Positions 61,120 through 64,000 of a DNA stretch of 64,000 bases are shown in pieces; position 1 is the first letter of the stretch, and each line of letters starts with the position of its first letter. The translations under genes were made by a program, and so were the position numbers. Where the stretch lies: the NCBI GenBank assembly GCA_963668645.2, contig CAXXWC010000010.1, positions 384,001 through 448,000 of the forward strand, written 5' to 3'. Source of the stretch: Desulfobacterales bacterium. GTDB lineage: Bacteria; Desulfobacterota; Desulfobacteria; Desulfobacterales; UBA2174. Under the pieces are notes generated by a model. The model was given only the letters and a program-made list of their open reading frames with translations, was not told the origin of the DNA and did not search any database.

Positions 61120-61596
61120 ATGCGCAACGATCTGTACAACGAACAGATGCTGGCATGGTGCGAAAAAAACGACCATGCAGGGACCATGGCCGATTTCGAC
61201 GCCGAGGCGACCCTTTCCAACCCCCTGTGCGGCGACCGGGTGACGATCCGATTGAAAATGGACGCAGACCGGATCGCGAAGCTCCGCTATCAGGTCAGGG
61301 GGTGCCTCCTTTGCAAGGCCTCCTGCGCCCACATGGCTGCGCTGGTCTGCGGTTTGGATGAACCGGGACTGAGAGCGCTCAAAGAAAAATTCGAAGGATT
61401 TTTACAATCAGCGCCGGGTAACAGGCTGGCAGTTTCAGTCGCCCATGAAGTCTTTTCCCCTGTGCGTTCCCGCAAGAGCCGCCACCGTTGTGTCCTGCTT
61501 CCTTACAACACCGCACTCGAAGCGCTTGAGCGATCGATCCCGGATTTTTGCCCGCATAGAAAAGCCAAATCACACAACTTTCACTGTTCGTCGTGA
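61120..61596 (+). CDS. sufU: SufU/IscU-like sulfur acceptor
   Basis: 'NPLCGD', 'GCLLC.AS', 'R.RC.LLP'. Confidence 0.88.
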   Translation: MRNDLYNEQMLAWCEKNDHAGTMADFDAEATLSNPLCGDRVTIRLKMDADRIAKLRYQVRGCLLCKASCAHMAALVCGLDEPGLRALKEKFEGFLQSAPGNRLAVSVAHEVFSPVRSRKSRHRCVLLPYNTALEALERSIPDFCPHRKAKSHNFHCSS

Positions 61597-62177
61597 GGTC
61601 GAAGGCGGCTGCACGGTTTCCTCGCCGATGCTCTCGGGTTTCGTGTTTAATCTACAGCCTGCGGTCCTGCGCTGGGTGCCGCTGGGCTGCGAATCGATGC
61701 GACAACGGCCGCAGCAACGTCTTTAGCGGTACCGGCAAAAGTTCTGATAAGGAACATTGACAACTATCTCAAACGTCATCCCACTCCCCAACTCCCTGTC
61801 ATCTCGCTCCGCCTCCTCTCGTGCCATCCCGTTCCCCCCAGTCCCATGTCATCCCGAGGAACGGCGAGGGATCTGCAGTTGCGCCCACCGGCAGGCCAAG
61901 GGCCGCCAAGATCGAAAAATTCCCCGAGATGGAGCAGTCGCAGGACGTTGACAGGACCGTGCTTGTTGACCCTAAAGATTGGGTACCCATTACAGTTTCC
62001 TGCGTACTGTCTCAGTACGGTCAAACAGTCCCGAACATCGGATTCGCCCGAATCACCCAGGCAAGATTCACAACCGTTTACCCCGGATGCAGGTTCCTGC
62101 AGTCGATCTTGACGAGGGTCGACCGTTATCACGCGCCAGCGTGGCGTTTCACATCGCATTGACGGCCGGTAGGCGCC

Positions 62178-63614
62178 GTGACCAGAAACAGGTTCATCTG
62201 CCAATGCATCTATGACACATTGGATGGTCTCAGGGACGGGCTGTCCCACTTTTCAGGCCCCAGCCGGGCGGCGCTGATCTATGCCATCCATCGGGACGAC
62301 CCGGTTCACATCTTCGATCCGCAGAATCTGCTCCAGGGGCATGAGCCCTTTTTCCGCGAGCTGTATCTCGATTCGGATCAGTGGCGCGTCTCGGCGCCCC
62401 AATCGGCCGGGCGCCAGAAACTCTGCCATGTGGCCCCGGAAAAGAATCTCCAGCTCGCCGGGCTGATCTCCTTCGGCGGCCGATCCGGTTCGGTCTACTA
62501 TCAAATGTGGTTCACCGAACACCATCCGGACATGTGCGCCGTCGGGCCCACCGAACGATGGCTGGAGCATGCCGCCTGGTGCCTTTCCCACGACATCACC
62601 AACGAAGAGGAACTCTATACCGGGATCTCGGGCGCTTTTTTAAGAGGGTATGCCACCCATGCGGTCAGGGACCACATCATCGACGAAATGAACGTGATTC
62701 TCGGCTGGGACACCGATCTGAGGGTTTACCCGGTTCTGGATGCCATCCTCGGCATCTCGCGAACCATCGAAGAAGGCTCCTGGGCCAGGGGCCACCTGCT
62801 TTTTGTGGAGAGCAAGGTGATCCCCACCATGTCCTTTGTGGCCAAGTTTCCGGAAAACGAGCGGGTGGCGCTGAACAACTTCAAACATGTGCGCAAGCTG
62901 CTGCTGGCCGTGGAAGACTCCCGGCGCCAGCTTGTTTCCGACGGCCGGAACATCGTGGGCATCGCCGAGGATCAGCGGCCGATCTTTTCCCTTACGGCCA
63001 ACTTCTGCGGCGGCCACGGATTCCTGAGATCCACCGGCGGAGAAATATGCAGTTTTTTCGACGGCAACTTCAAATCCACCACCCGCCAGGCCAACCTGGT
63101 GCAGGTGGAAGAGATCCTGCTGGAAACCGATCTCGATTCCGCCGAAGGGACGGCCCTGTTCAAAATCATCTCCGAACTGGTCCACAGCGCAGAAACCCTG
63201 AAGCACGGATGCACCCTGGTGGTCGACTTCAACGATTCCCCGGTCTACATCTCCGGCCAGAAGATCGAATGCCCGCTGGATCTGAACCAGCCGAACCTGC
63301 TGGATCTGGCCAAATCCCTGGCTAGGGTCGACGGGGCTTTGCATATCAGCAAGGAACGCCATCTGGTGGGATTTGCCTGCCTGCTCGACGGTCGCACCGT
63401 GCCGGGCGAAGACCGGGCCAGGGGGGCGCGCTTCAACTCGGCGGTCAGATTCACCGCCGAGCATGAAGGGATTTTCGTCGTGGTGGTTTCCTCGGATCGC
63501 CCGGTTTCGGTGATCCAGGACGGCATCGAAATCTCGGCCCAATGCCAATGGAATCCGGTAACCACCTGCACGGTTTCCCCGCCGATACTCAGGGACTGGA
63601 TCAACGGGGCCTGA
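62178..63614 (+). CDS. DisA_N domain protein, copy 2 (near-identical to 35398-36828)
   Basis: Same protein except the termini and a few substitutions (P/R, R/C, E/G). Confidence 0.82.
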   Translation: MTRNRFICQCIYDTLDGLRDGLSHFSGPSRAALIYAIHRDDPVHIFDPQNLLQGHEPFFRELYLDSDQWRVSAPQSAGRQKLCHVAPEKNLQLAGLISFGGRSGSVYYQMWFTEHHPDMCAVGPTERWLEHAAWCLSHDITNEEELYTGISGAFLRGYATHAVRDHIIDEMNVILGWDTDLRVYPVLDAILGISRTIEEGSWARGHLLFVESKVIPTMSFVAKFPENERVALNNFKHVRKLLLAVEDSRRQLVSDGRNIVGIAEDQRPIFSLTANFCGGHGFLRSTGGEICSFFDGNFKSTTRQANLVQVEEILLETDLDSAEGTALFKIISELVHSAETLKHGCTLVVDFNDSPVYISGQKIECPLDLNQPNLLDLAKSLARVDGALHISKERHLVGFACLLDGRTVPGEDRARGARFNSAVRFTAEHEGIFVVVVSSDRPVSVIQDGIEISAQCQWNPVTTCTVSPPILRDWINGA

Positions 63615-64000
63615 GGTCGTCGTGATAGAGTCCGGCACGACGCCCTGGCCTTAGAGTCGTTTTCCTCCTGGAGGTCTCCATCGAGACCCTTGGGTGAAGA
63701 TGGGCCACAGCCTTTCAGAAAGGATGTCGGTTTGCTGGGCACGAAGCTTACCATGGAGACGGAATTGACTCGTTAATTTTGGGATGAACTGAACTACCAT
63801 TAATATTAACAGAAAACAGATATGGCATCCCATTTTTAAACACTTCGGCTGTTCACGGTGAGAGCATCATAAAATACTGTATTGAACAGTAAAAAAATCA
63901 TAATCGGATAAGGGTAAGTTGTTCTCCCCCTTGCAACACTACCTATCAGTACGTTCAATAAATGACATAACAATATGGTAACATATCCCACCCATAAGGG

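Noticed and set aside
61790..61880. REP-like TGTCATCCCGAG...GCGAGGGATCT
   Set aside because: Single degenerate copy in the window; cannot be supported as a repeat family here
1..64000. CRISPR array, tRNA/rRNA, integrase or prophage genes
   Set aside because: No regularly spaced repeats, RNA gene signatures or phage/integrase motifs seen
63620..64000. AT-rich right end with a short minus-strand ORF
   Set aside because: Too little context; may be the edge of another insertion but cannot be assigned

Overview
GC-rich bacterial chromosome segment. Gene content and repeat types suggest an anaerobic Desulfobacterota-like organism (inference). Standard genetic code. (1) 1-14.4 kb: metal/corrinoid uptake region with two TonB-dependent receptors, a His-rich miniprotein, two signal-peptide-bearing CbiF/CobM-like methyltransferase homologs, a DUF4198 protein, a PduO-type adenosyltransferase, a FecBCD/BtuFCD-type ABC system, FmdE, a TsaA-like protein and a methyltransferase. 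(2) 14.5-21.6 kb: TetR, a methyltransferase and a Dpp/Opp-type ABC operon with tandem operators. (3) 21.7-27.2 kb: decayed TPR-SNF2/YqhG-like pair and an orphan N6-adenine MTase. (4) 27.2-34.8 kb (minus strand): third TonB receptor plus a Nik/Opp-type ABC operon. (5) 35.4-63.6 kb: two nearly identical DisA_N (diadenylate-cyclase-like) genes flanking a largely lower-GC catabolic block: TetR-SDR fusion, IS remnants, a xanthine-dehydrogenase-family Mo enzyme, CoA transferase, LarB/LarC fragments, Hbd, AbfD, thiolase, DUF362, Mo-cofactor maturation genes and SufS/SufU. Best discoveries: (a) the TonB receptor at 3140-5185 is one continuous frame interrupted only by two in-frame TGA codons (P-TGA-I-TGA-D), followed by a SECIS-like hairpin, so it is a candidate double-selenocysteine (UxU) outer-membrane transporter heading an operon of apparently exported tetrapyrrole-methylase homologs; (b) a shared attenuator-like leader RNA motif (GCC-AYGAA-GGY overlapping a terminator) precedes three uptake operons.
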